Under the pieces are notes generated by a model that ran no database searches, was not told the origin of the DNA, and saw only the letters and a program-made list of their open reading frames with translations. From an uncultured Planctomycetota bacterium (GTDB lineage: Bacteria > Planctomycetota > Planctomycetia > Isosphaerales > Isosphaeraceae), in the NCBI GenBank assembly GCA_963823665.1, contig CAWGMQ010000005.1:1568001-1632000 (forward strand): a stretch of DNA of 64,000 nucleotides. The letters are read 5' to 3'. A program made the position numbers and the translations under genes. Of the stretch, positions 41,968 to 52,155 are shown one piece after another (positions within the stretch are counted from its first letter, which is position 1; every line of letters begins with the position of its first letter).

Positions 41968-42073
41968 GTAAAGAGAACGAAGAGGGTTGTATGGGGAAGT
42001 GACCAGAGTGACCGTCGCCATCCCCACCCGCTGTCGTGGGCACTTTCCCATACAACCCTCTTCGTTTGATTGC
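41968..42073 (+). repeat. hix/res-like site C' split by an inserted hairpin
   Basis: Left arm GTAAAGAGAACG (41968-41979) and right arm CGTTTGATTGC (42063-42073) flank the insert; upstream 'tcaagacgc' flank shared with site D. Confidence 0.65.
41976..42066. mobile_element. MITE-like hairpin with 26-bp inverted repeats
   Basis: 41976-42001 AACGAAGAGGGTTGTATGGGGAAGTG vs reverse complement of 42041-42066: 25/26 match. Confidence 0.6.
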
Positions 42074-42399
42074 ATCCCTCCGGCCAAACCATCCTATACT
42101 CGCGTGTTAGCTCGATCCCGGACCGCAAGAACGCCGTACCGGCAGACAGATCATGCTCGAGAGCAGACTACCCTCGAAACAAGAATCCCCGATCGAATGG
42201 TAGCCCCGGCTCAATCTCCGCCAGCAATCGTCGTCATTCCCACTCACTCAGTTCTGCCGACAGACGGCCATCAATCCGCGGAAGTTCATTTAATGGAGGC
42301 AGCGCTCCGCAGGAAATGAATGCGGCCAGCTCGGGCTGCCAATTCAACCCTCCAGAAGGAATGGAATTCGACTTGGGCACGGTTAAGAGCCGGGGACTT

Positions 42400-42468
42400 G
42401 AGAAAACGCAGGTCTGATTGACGGCCCCCGGTTCTAGGAGCGCCAACCGATCCTGAAGTCGATTGATG
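42400..42468 (+). repeat. hix/res-like site C plus conserved downstream flank
   Basis: GAGAAAACG-CA-GGTCTGATTGACGGCCCC...TCCTGAAGTCGATTGATG. Confidence 0.7.
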
Positions 42469-42647
42469 GGACAAACTTCTTAGGGCTCTGCACACTGGAC
42501 CTAACGTGCGGCCCTCAGCCGGTTGGCAGCCGGCGGTCGACGACGCGAACGTGAGAATCGTGCGCACTACGGACGAGACGCAGGCGACAGCATTCGGCAC
42601 ATCGCGTAGAATAGTAGATCGAAAACGCTTGCAGGAGGGGGAAGAGA

Positions 42648-43535
42648 ATGAACGTCGTGGAAAAACCCCGCAAGAAACGCGTCTTCATCGCGTCCTCGCG
42701 TGCCGATGCCGCCGAGGTCCAGAAGGCAATGCAGCACTTCGGCCTCGACGTCGTTACGCTGGAGCAGACCGCAACGCCAGGCTCCACGTGGGTTGATAGC
42801 CTCCACCGCTGCGTAAATGATGCCGATATCGTCATCGGGATCATGGCGGACCGCCGGAAAGATGCGAACGTTTTTTTCGAGCTCGGCGTCGCGAGCGCGC
42901 TCAACAAGCCCGCTCTCCTGTTCATCACGCCGGAGTATCCGTCCGACCTCATTCCACCATCGGGTATCCCGTACCTGCGAATGGATCTGCGGAACGAAGA
43001 TGCAGTGATGTTCGGCTTGAAGCAGGCGCTGTCGATTTCTTCGCAACGCGCGCATCAACCCGCGGAGGGCTTCACGACGCGGCCGATCGGGCCAGTAGCT
43101 GATAAGCTGCTAGAAATGCTCCCTCAAACAAATCCGCGCGAGTTTGAGGACTTGATTTTCAACGCCATCAATGCCAGCGGCGCTTCGACAATCGCGCGCG
43201 GAAGCGAGGCCGAAGACCGGGGCGTCGACTTTGCCGTCTGGTCGAGCGACCTGGAACCGACCGTTACGAACCCTCTGCTCATCGAATGCAAGTCCAGCCT
43301 CCGCAACCAGTCCGACGTTGACCAAGCGACCGGCCGTATGTTTCGTGCCCTGCAAGCGATTCACAACGGCTGCGGACTTGTCTTGTACAAGGAGGCCGGA
43401 ACGGTGGCGATGGTGGCACCCCGGTCAATCCCAGTCGAGTTCGTCTCCGCGGAAGACTTCATCAATGGGCTTCGAGATACCGGGCTGGCCGAGTACATTC
43501 GGAAACTCCGGAACACCGCCGTTCATGGGTTCTAA
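42648..43535 (+). CDS. TIR/nucleoside-deoxyribosyltransferase-like domain fused to an Mrr-like restriction endonuclease domain
   Basis: 'RVFIASS...ADIVIGI...NVFFELGVA.ALNKP'; 'PREFEDLI...DRGVDF...LIECKS'. Confidence 0.75.
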   Translation: MNVVEKPRKKRVFIASSRADAAEVQKAMQHFGLDVVTLEQTATPGSTWVDSLHRCVNDADIVIGIMADRRKDANVFFELGVASALNKPALLFITPEYPSDLIPPSGIPYLRMDLRNEDAVMFGLKQALSISSQRAHQPAEGFTTRPIGPVADKLLEMLPQTNPREFEDLIFNAINASGASTIARGSEAEDRGVDFAVWSSDLEPTVTNPLLIECKSSLRNQSDVDQATGRMFRALQAIHNGCGLVLYKEAGTVAMVAPRSIPVEFVSAEDFINGLRDTGLAEYIRKLRNTAVHGF

Positions 43536-43538
43536 CCG

Positions 43539-44078
43539 ATGGCCGCGTATGACCCGGCGGTCATTTATGGATATCTGGCTGTCGTCGACAACCCGCCAAC
43601 CAACGCTGCGAAGGGCAAGGCGTTCGAGGACTTGGTCTGTTACCTGTTCAACGGTATTCCCGGCATCACGATCACCGCGCGCAACGAGATGAACACATTC
43701 GCGACTGAGGAGATCGACATCGCGTGTAAGAACGATAACGATCCCACGGGGCTCGGAGCCTTGGCCGATTTCTTTCTTGTGGAATGCAAGGGATGGCGGG
43801 ACGCCGTCAATAGCGAACAAGTTTCCTGGTTTCTTACGAAAATTCGGCATCGCGGGGTGCGTTTCGGAATCCTGATCGCGGCGAACGGGATCACCGGCGA
43901 GTCGGAGCACCTATCCAGGGCCAACTTCTTGGTCAGTGTGGAGATGGCCACCTTCGGCATCAAAATGGTCATCGTCACGCGGGAGGAAATCGAGAAACTC
44001 ACGTCAGGCGAGGATTTCGGCAAACTGATCATTCAAAAAGTCTGTGTTCTCCACGCTTCCGGCGGCCGTTGCTACTGA
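43539..44078 (+). CDS. Mrr-like restriction endonuclease
   Basis: 'KGKAFEDLV.YLF...EEIDI...LVECKGW...GILIAANG'. Confidence 0.8.
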   Translation: MAAYDPAVIYGYLAVVDNPPTNAAKGKAFEDLVCYLFNGIPGITITARNEMNTFATEEIDIACKNDNDPTGLGALADFFLVECKGWRDAVNSEQVSWFLTKIRHRGVRFGILIAANGITGESEHLSRANFLVSVEMATFGIKMVIVTREEIEKLTSGEDFGKLIIQKVCVLHASGGRCY

Positions 44079-44162
44079 AGGCGAGCAACGGACCAAGCGA
44101 GTTTCACGACACGCAGCGCTTTCTACGACCCCGAGAGCCGCTTGCTGTGCCCTAATCCGTCG

Positions 44163-44470
44163 TCATGTGTCGCCAGCCGCCGCGACGTACTTGTAAAGCG
44201 TTGGCGTCGAGATGCCGACCGCTTTGCAAGTCTCGTCAATTGTGTGCTTCTTCTGACGGTACAAATCGACGGCCACGGCACGCTGCTTCTCGCCAAGTTT
44301 TTTTCGCCTGCCGCCTTTCCTGCCGCGTGCTCTCGCGGCTGCCAGCCCCGCGTACGTCCGTTCGCGGATGAGGTTACGCTCAAATTCCGCGAGCGCCCCA
44401 AAGATATGAAACACCAGCTTGCCGCTCGGTGTGGTCGTATCGATGGATTTGGTGACGCTCTGGAACCCAT
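44163..44470 (-). pseudogene. Serine recombinase copy 4, 3' half only
   Basis: 'GFQSVTKSIDTTTPSGKLVFHIFGALAEFER...GISTPTLYKY'; catalytic N-terminus missing. Confidence 0.88.
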
Positions 44471-44521
44471 CGCAGCGTATGAAAGTGGTTGTCTGGGATC
44501 AAGACGCCAAACCACCAAATC

Positions 44522-44550
44522 GGTAAACCAAACGGCCGTTTGATTTACGA
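44522..44550 (+). repeat. hix/res-like site D (near-perfect palindrome)
   Basis: GTAAACCAAACG-GC-CGTTTGATTTAC; aligns gap-free with site B. Confidence 0.75.
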
Positions 44551-44900
44551 CCGCCACGGTCCACTATGAGACGTGCGATCGAACCAGTTGTCTTCTTCGT
44601 GCGCAGTTACGTCGTCATCGTCGCCGGTCGCCTGATCGGTGTGAAGCACCGTCAGGGTTCTGCCGTACGCTCCCAGGCCAACGACGTCTTCGTTCATTTC
44701 GATGTCTGGAGCGCCGTCAAACCACAAAGCTAGTACTCCCAGGGCGATGCCCTGGGCTTTGTTGTTTTGGCCTTTCAGGCCGGGAAGTGGGTCGGACAAG
44801 AACAACGACAACGGGGCGGCGGTCGATCCGGCCCATTCACCTCGGTTCACTCGCGGCTTGCTCGCAAAGCGATCGGACTGGTATGAGCGAGCCGTCCGTG
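44545..44900 (-). pseudogene. C-terminal remnant of an ImmA/IrrE-like metallopeptidase, interrupted by a REP-like palindrome
   Basis: 'WFDG....MNEDVVGLGAYGRTLTVL'; palindrome 'cccagggcgatgccctggg' at ~44738-44756. Confidence 0.4.
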
Positions 44901-45371
44901 ATCTCGTTAACCGCGTAGTCGTTTTGATTCGACCGCGTGTTCACAATTAACAAAGAAATCGCGCAAAGCCGCGGCTCCTGACGTTGCAACCGCGTTGATC
45001 GAGTGATTGCACTTTTTTTGGACGCTTTTATTGCCGATCGCTGAAACCGGTCGCATATTATCCATAGGGCAGAGTCTGCGAACGCGCGATGCTGGCGCGA
45101 TGGGCGGCTCCGCTTTGCCTCCCTTTCCTACCTCCTCGTCGATCTCCATCTCATCCTGAAGAACAGCGCTGAAATTCACGCAGGAAGTGCCAAAAAGTGC
45201 CCTTGATAACGAGCCTGAGACCAAAACCGAAACCCAGGCAGGCCTGGCCGTTGCGCACGGCGACTCCGACGCCTTGGCGGCTTTGCCGCGTCGGCGGTCG
45301 AGCGCAGAGTTTGCTGCCCCGGACTCTGAACTGGGGGGAAGGCGAGGAGCTTCCGATTTTGCTATCATTAG

Positions 45372-45750
45372 TTATCATTTTGCTCCACGGGAGAGAAGCT
45401 CTTGGATCGACCGAAGCCGCTTTCGCATTTGCACTTGCGGAGGGCGGTGGACCCGGACTTGGGGGGTGGAGCGCTTCGCGAGCTGCGCCGTGGCGATTCG
45501 GGGCCGGAATCAGGACGGAGGACGGAGGGCGGAGGGCGGAGGAAGAAGCGCGGAGCGAAGGGAGCCGGAAGACGGAGAGCGGGGATCGGAAGAGACCTTC
45601 ATCGTGGTATCACTTTGGTATCATTTCGCACCAGGGGCGAGAGGCTGGTGGATCGACCGAAGACATGTTTGCATTAGCGTTTGCGGAGGGCGGCCGAACC
45701 GGATTCGGGGTCTGTGCCAGGTCGCGGGCCGCACCGTGGCGATTTGGGGC
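45372..45750 (+). repeat. Diverged ~135-bp direct repeat pair (45372-45503, 45618-45750)
   Basis: Shared 'tatcattt..', 'ggatcgaccgaag', 'ttgcggagggcgg', 'ccgtggcgatt.ggggc'. Confidence 0.7.
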
Positions 45751-46044
45751 AAGGCCAGGCGGGCGTTTCGGCTTCGAATTCGGCCGATGGCTCGCCACCT
45801 CGACCGAGCGAGTTCATTCCCGTAGTCCTTGTGGCATAAGGGTGCGCGACGAATGTACAAAACGAAGTGGTCGGTCGGGGTGGACGGTTGAACATTTCGT
45901 TCTGTTGGGATGCTTGACGACGCGTTCCATCATCGAAGTCCATTCCTGCTGAAGAGAGACCATGACTCCAGCCGCATTGAGCGATCTTCAAGATGCCACG
46001 GATGACGACCACTGGCCGTTGCTGAAGAGCGGTCAATTTAGGCC

Positions 46045-47390
46045 TGGTTCAATTGCGGGTAACACTGCCGGCGAGCTGGCGTTGAGCGGGAACGCGATTA
46101 AGCGGAATCCTCGCTGGCGCTTCGGGTTAGTATCGTCGCCAGGACGGGTGCGCAAGCTGTTACCCGGTTCGGGGACGGGAGGTTCGACAGGCCCGGAAGC
46201 ACGACCCCTGACAGAACGCGAGGCGACCGGACGCTTGGATGAAGATCAGGCGGCGGGAGTGGATTCGCGACGTGCGGAGAACGAGGGCCGGCGCGGGAGC
46301 AGAGGGCGAGGTTGCACGCCGGGGTCACGAACGTGGCACGAGTTCGCCGACATCGGGGGGAGCGGTGCCCCCGCACGATGTGTGTGAGCCGTGAGCCGCA
46401 TTGCGCTCAAACCGGGGGTTCGATCGAGTTCGTCGTTGCATCCGTTGCAAGCCGGATAAGAATCCGAGGTTTTCTGGTCGAAGAAATAGCCGAATCGCGA
46501 AAGTCGATCCATATTCTATGTACCTCAATCTCGATCACCGACATCGAAGTCGGGGCGACGGGCCAACCACTTCTCTGGAACCGGAAATGACTGCTTCGTT
46601 TGCTCGAGCGCATTCTCGAGGAGCTGGACTCGGTCTGACCACGGCTGCGCGGCGGGAAGAGCGGGGTGGGACTGCGCTTGAAAATGGGGGATCGGTGCGC
46701 GACGAAATCCCTCCGAATACTGAGCTGTGCCGAGCGCGGACAGGTTCGGACCACGGCCAGGATGGGTTTTCATCCTTTGGGCCGAGGGATTATGGAGGGC
46801 ATCTGGTGGCGTTATCCTCGTTGGCTCTCAGCATTTCCGTGCTCCGTGAGAGTGTTTCTGCCAGGCTTCGTATGGGGCTCTCGACCGCAATCAAGATGGG
46901 ATTGTTTTCGGGCTGGCAGTTCCATCCAGTTCCATCTAGTTCCACTTACTAATACTTATTTGAAACATGCGACGCGTGGCCAGGCTGTCGTGTGACACGG
47001 CGGGGGGATGTCGAACCAGGAATCTTACGAATCACACTAATTAGGGACGAGAAAAGGGGGTCGGTCATTCAGACAGAAGGCGAACGTCGGCCGGCGGGGC
47101 GATGTGCGGGGCGAGTGATCAGCGAGGGGAGGTTCAGCCAGTGCCAGACTTAAGTCGACCGGCGGGCGACTGTTCGCTTTCCCTTAACCCTTGTGGCGTA
47201 AGGACGCGCGACGAATCTACAAAACGAACTTAGCCCTTGTTCAGCGGCGTTGCGGTGTCGTCAAACGGGGCGAAAAAGGGCGTGGTTCAATTGCGGGTAA
47301 CACCGTCCGCAAGCTAGCACGATGCGGGAGCGAGACTAAACGGAATCCTCGCTTGCGCTTCGGGTTAGTGTGGTCGCCAGGGCGGGTGTG
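46045..47390 (+). repeat. ~105-bp direct repeat pair (46045-46150, 47284-47390)
   Basis: 'tggttcaattgcgggtaacac...cggaatcctcgct.gcgcttcgggttagt...tcgccagg.cgggtg'. Confidence 0.8.
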
Positions 47391-48547
47391 CGATGTGTCA
47401 CCCGAACTGCCGCGCGTTTGAACCAGGGGCGAAGAAGTGGGGCTGGACTGGGCTGGAACGGCTTCATCGAGTTGGCGTGCCTGTGCGCTGGCGGCTGTTC
47501 TGAGAGACGAAGAAGGAGTGTTTTCTGTGCGTGAGACGGTTACCTACGAAATTGATCGGGCGATTCGGCGTAATGCCTTGATATGGGAGGAGAACGGCGA
47601 TTGAGAGTGAGACGGAATCTCCTGATTTTGTCTCATTTCGTCTCATTTTGTCTCATCAGACCTTGAGGTCGCGGTGGGTTTCACCCGCCTACGGTGGCAT
47701 TGATGCCGGTATGCGGGGACGATCGCGCATTAGGGAGAGTGGGGCGCGAGCCTTCAATTCGGGCGGCCCACAGTCGTCCAGATCGCAACAGGCGACGAGA
47801 ATACCGCGGGGCTCCGCAGCTAGCTGCCTGCCGGCGCCGCCCCCAACCGCCCTCGGGGCGGCACGTAACATGGTTGGGGGGAGTTTTCAAAGCGTATTGA
47901 ACGGGCACGTCTGTATGAAAATGTTCGAAAGTTAATCATTTATATTGATTGAACTTGCGTCTTTTTCACAGAGATCGAGAGTGCGATTGAGAAATGGGCA
48001 ATTCCGAAAACCGGCGCATATATAGATAGGGAGAAAGTGCGTGGGTCGCCATAGTTGCCACAGTCGTGGCGTGCGTGACTATCAGCCGCAGCTTCGCGGT
48101 CGCGGGAACGCCGTTTTCATTCGCGCGGCGGGAAATCGTCGGGCTGAAGTTTAACCTGCTACGGTTGCGTAAATCGTCAGGCTGAAGCCTGACCTACACT
48201 GGCAGGCTCGTTCCCTTAATGCTTACGGGTAAAGGGGTATCGTCAAATCTACAAAACGAACTGGGGCCTGGTTCGAAGGAAGCAAGGGCAGGGCCACACT
48301 CGCGACGGATCGCAGCACGGGGCGGGTGCAGCCCACCGGCCATAACGCTATATGGGATGGTGGGTTGCACCCACCCTACGGAGAGCCCCGGCGGGCGGTT
48401 GCACTCGCGGACGCCCGGTTTATGCCGGCGATCGGATCACCGCGCAGAACGCGAGACGGAGCGCTATCGCGCTCGGGAGTTTTGGGGGAGGATTGGGTGC
48501 CTACTCCGCAGCGCTGCGCCGGAACACTGCTGGTCTGCGTGGTCTTC

Positions 48548-48690
48548 CCCCTGCGCGGGCCCCCTCCGCCGCCGGTGGCGGCATCTTCCCCACGACGGGG
48601 GGAGGAATGCGCGCCGCGACATTCCCTGCGCGCCGCCCCCCCACCGCCGCCGCTGGCGGCACCTCTTCCACAAGGGGGAGGAATGCGCCT
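48548..48690. repeat. Tandem GC-rich REP-like units
   Basis: Two copies of 'ccctgcgcg...ccgccgccg.tggcggca...ggggaggaatgcgc'. Confidence 0.6.
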
Positions 48691-48861
48691 GGAATGCCCC
48701 TTGCGAAGCCGGGCAGATTGTGATCGACTAAGCAGGAGAGCGACGCTCACCCCACGATCCCCTTAACTTGTTGTGAACGCTTGCTCGGCGAGAGCCTTTG
48801 GCTTGAGCCAATTGGGCTGCTCAGCCGGAGCGCGGGGCGTTGCCGCCTTTGCGAGGACATC

Positions 48862-50816
48862 ATGACTGCCACCCTCTCCGCGGTTCAAGAAGCTCCGGCG
48901 CGTGCCGCGGCGCGAGCACCACTCCCATCATCAACGATCTGGCGATCCGGGTCGGCACGGTGAATGGCTCGGGAAGCCAGTCGGCTAACCTGGTCATTCT
49001 GCGTGCGCTTTACGCGATGGGAATTCCATGCAGCGGCAAGAACGTGTTTCCCTCGAACATCGAGGGGTTGCCAACATGGTTCCACATCCGCGCCAGCGGC
49101 AAGGGATACGTCGGGCATATCCTCGACCCGCAGGTGCTCGTTTGCATGAACGAGGTCACGGCCAAGGACGACACGATGGCCCTCAAGCCCGGGGCCATCT
49201 GCATCTATCGCGATGATTTCGACGTGGATCTTCAATCGCTGCGAGATGACGTGCAGTTGTTCGCTGTGCCCTTTCAGAAACTGGTCGAAAAAGCCTACCC
49301 GCAAGACAAGGCCGACAAGGGGTACCGCGACAAGCTTCGCAAAGTCATCAACATGGTGTACGTCGGGGTTGTCGCGTCCGCGTGCAAGATCGAATTCGAA
49401 GCGGTCGAACAAGGCATCCGGCGCGAGTTCCCCGGGCGGAAAGCCAAGGCCGGCGAGATCAATATCAACGCGGCGCGAACGGGGTTTGAATGGGCCACCG
49501 CCAATCTTCCCGCGGACCTGCCGTTTCAGGTGCAGCGGATGGCGTCGTCCAACGACAAGATCTTGATCGAAGGGAACAAGGCTGCAGCGCTCGGAGCACT
49601 TTTCGGTGGCGCGAGCGTGCTGACCTGGTACCCGATCACGCCTTCGAGCAGCCTGGCGGAATATGCCGAGGAGTTTCTGAAGAAACACCGGGTGAACCCG
49701 GACGGGACGAAGACGTTTGCGGTCGTGCAAGCCGAGGACGAGCTGGCGGCGGTCGGCATGGCGATCGGCGCGGGCTGGGCGGGTGCGCGAGCCATGACAG
49801 CGACGGCCGGTCCGGGAATTGCACTCATGTCGGAGTTCGTCGGCCTGGCGTATTTCGCCGAGATTCCGGTGGTGATCATTGACGTGCAGCGGATGGGGCC
49901 GAGCACGGGACTGCCGACCCGAACCAGTCAGGGAGACATCCTGAAGCTTCACCTCCTGGGACACGGCGACACGCGGCACATTGTGCTCATTCCGGGCTCG
50001 GTCGATGAGTGCTACACGTTGACGATGGAGGCGCTTGACCTGGCGCAACAGTTCCAGACGCCGGTCTTCGTCGCCACTGATCTGGACCTGGGCATGAACC
50101 TGTGGCTGAGCGAGCCGTTCCAGTTCCCCACCAAGCCGCTGGTGCGGGGCAAGCTCCTGAACGCGGCCGATCTGGAGCGCCTGGGGCAGTTCGAGCGGTA
50201 CAAGGATGTGGACGGCGACGGAGTGTGCTATCGCACGATTCCCGGTACGCAGAACGCACTGGCCGCGTACTTCACACGCGGCACCGGCCATAACGACAAG
50301 TCGGGCTACAGCGAGCGGCCCGAGGACTGGAAGAAAAACCTCGATCGGATAGCGCGGAAGCATGAAACGGCCCGGCAGGCCTTGCCGAAGCCTGTCATCG
50401 AGGGAGATTCGAACACCAAGGTTGGCATCATCGCCTATGGCGGAACGCACTTTGCGGTGGTGGAAGCTCGCGATCAGCTCGCCGAGGAAGGGATCTCGAC
50501 GAGCTACTGCCGCATCCGGGCCTTGCCGGTCTCGGACGACGTGAAGCATTTCATCGAGCGCCACCTGAGGGTTTACGTGATCGAACAGAATCGAGATGCC
50601 CAGGTGACGTCGTTGTTGAAATCGAATCTGAGCGGGGCGCTGGCGGACAGGCTGATTCCGATCACGCACTACAACGGCACACCGATCGCCGCACAAAACG
50701 TTGTCCGGCCTATTCTGAGCTGGGAGAAGAGTCCGTCGGGGCCGGGGTGGCCGACGGGCGACGTCGAGGTGGATAACCCGCCGGTGCCCCACGAGGAGGC
50801 CGCGTCGGCCGAGTAG
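48862..50816 (+). CDS. korA: 2-oxoacid:acceptor oxidoreductase alpha subunit (frameshift near 48915)
   Basis: 'GTVNGSGSQSAN', 'WYPITPSSS', 'QAEDELAA', 'QRMGPSTGLPT'; SD 'gagga' before ATG 48862. Confidence 0.9.
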
Positions 50817-50910
50817 CCGGGCCGGCCGCGGAGGAACCGCGTCGCATTAAACATAAACACACGATTACTGACTTACAACGTTTCAGAACGTCGAACCGAG
50901 GCGATCCAAC

Positions 50911-51964
50911 ATGGCGAGCGAAGCTGTCATTCAGGTTCAGAGCAACGGTCTCTCATTCACGCTGCCGACGGTGGCCTTTCAGGGGCTGCCCTCGACGCTT
51001 TGCAAGGGCTGCGGGCACAACAGCATCACGAGCTACCTGATCGAGGCGTGCAAGTCGATCGGCGTCAATCCGTACAACACGATCAAGCTCTCGGGCATCG
51101 GGTGCTCGAGCAAGACTCCGGCCTATTTCCTGGGGGCGAGCCACGGCTTCAACGCCCTGCACGGGCGGATGCCGTCGGTGGTCGACGGGGGCACTCCTGG
51201 CGAATGCCAAACTGCTGTGCATCGGGATCAGCGGCGACGGCGACACCGCGAATATCGGCATGGGGCAGTTCAAGCACATTTGCCGCCGGAACGTGCCGAT
51301 CGTGTACATCGTGGAGAACAACGGCTGCTACGGGCTGACGAAGGGGCAATTCTCGGCGACTGCGGACTTGAACCAGCACTTGCGGAGGCCGCAGGGGGAA
51401 GCCAACGACGTGGCGCCGTTTGATCTGTGCACGGAGGCGATCATCGGCGGTGCCACGTTTGTGGCGCGGTCGTTTGCCGGCGACAAGAAGCAGATGGTGC
51501 CGCTGATCAAGGCGGCGCTCAAGCACAAGGGAACGTCGGTGCTGGACATCATCAGCCCGTGCGTGACGTTCAACGATTTCGACGGCTCGACCAAGAGCTG
51601 GGATTGGGCCAAGGAGCACGAAGAGCCGCTGCACGACGTGAGCTTCGTTCCGCGGCTGCCGGAGATCGAGGTCGAGCAGAAAGCGGGTGAAGCGACGCGA
51701 GTGAAGCTTCATGACGGCTCGTGGATCACGCTCAAGGCTCTTAACCATCTGGACCACGATGTTACGAGCAAGGTGTCGGCGTTCAAGCTGCTGGAGGAGA
51801 GCACGCAAAAGGGCGAGTTCCTCACGGGGTTGATTTACGTTGATGCCAAGCGGCGGGATTTCTTGACGAATCAGACAATGGTCGACATGCCGCTGGCGCT
51901 TTTGCCGGATGAGGCGCTGCGGCCGACGGAAGCGGTGCTCAAGAAGATCATGGAGACGATTTGA
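50911..51964 (+). CDS. korB: 2-oxoacid:acceptor oxidoreductase beta subunit (frameshift near 51190)
   Basis: 'LCKGCGH', 'SGIGCSS', 'HGR'; 'GDGD' and 'NNGCYGLTKGQFS', 'SPCVTFN' in the next frame. Confidence 0.9.
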
Positions 51965-51999
51965 GCGCGTATCTTGGCACGGCTGGCGGCCGGTCTTCA

Positions 52000-52155
52000 C
52001 CCCCCCTGCCCGCCCTTGTCAAGGGGGGAAAGGGTGCGAGGGCGTTTGCAAGGGGGAAATCGCTTGCGCGCCGGGGACTTCCGCGCGCGTTTGGTCCGTT
52101 CGCGTGCACCCCCCCTGGGCCCCCCTTCTTAAGGGGGGGAAAGGGTGCGCGGGCA
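52000..52155. repeat. Two REP-like palindromes
   Basis: 'cccccctg...ccctt..aagggggg.aagggtgcg' twice. Confidence 0.6.

Noticed and set aside
34826..44550. Hin-type invertible segment (shufflon)
   Set aside because: Sites A, B and C are in direct orientation, as judged by their asymmetric flanks and CA cores, which favours excision/integration over inversion
34280..44900. Classical integron or intact Tn3-family transposon
   Set aside because: No IntI tyrosine recombinase, attC pattern, TnpA or 38-bp GGGG-terminal repeats found; the recombinases are small serine enzymes
44960..45000. c-di-GMP-I riboswitch-like 'cgcaaagccgcgg' motif
   Set aside because: The upstream GGCAAA/GNRA-tetraloop stem is absent
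45187..46995. ORFs of 100-250 aa in the gene-poor tract
   Set aside because: They translate through repeats, are Arg/Gly-biased and show no family motifs
48885..50792. 635-aa minus-strand ORF (likewise 1308..2810, 20494..22035, 29328..30683)
   Set aside because: Antisense shadows of well-supported genes, with no motifs
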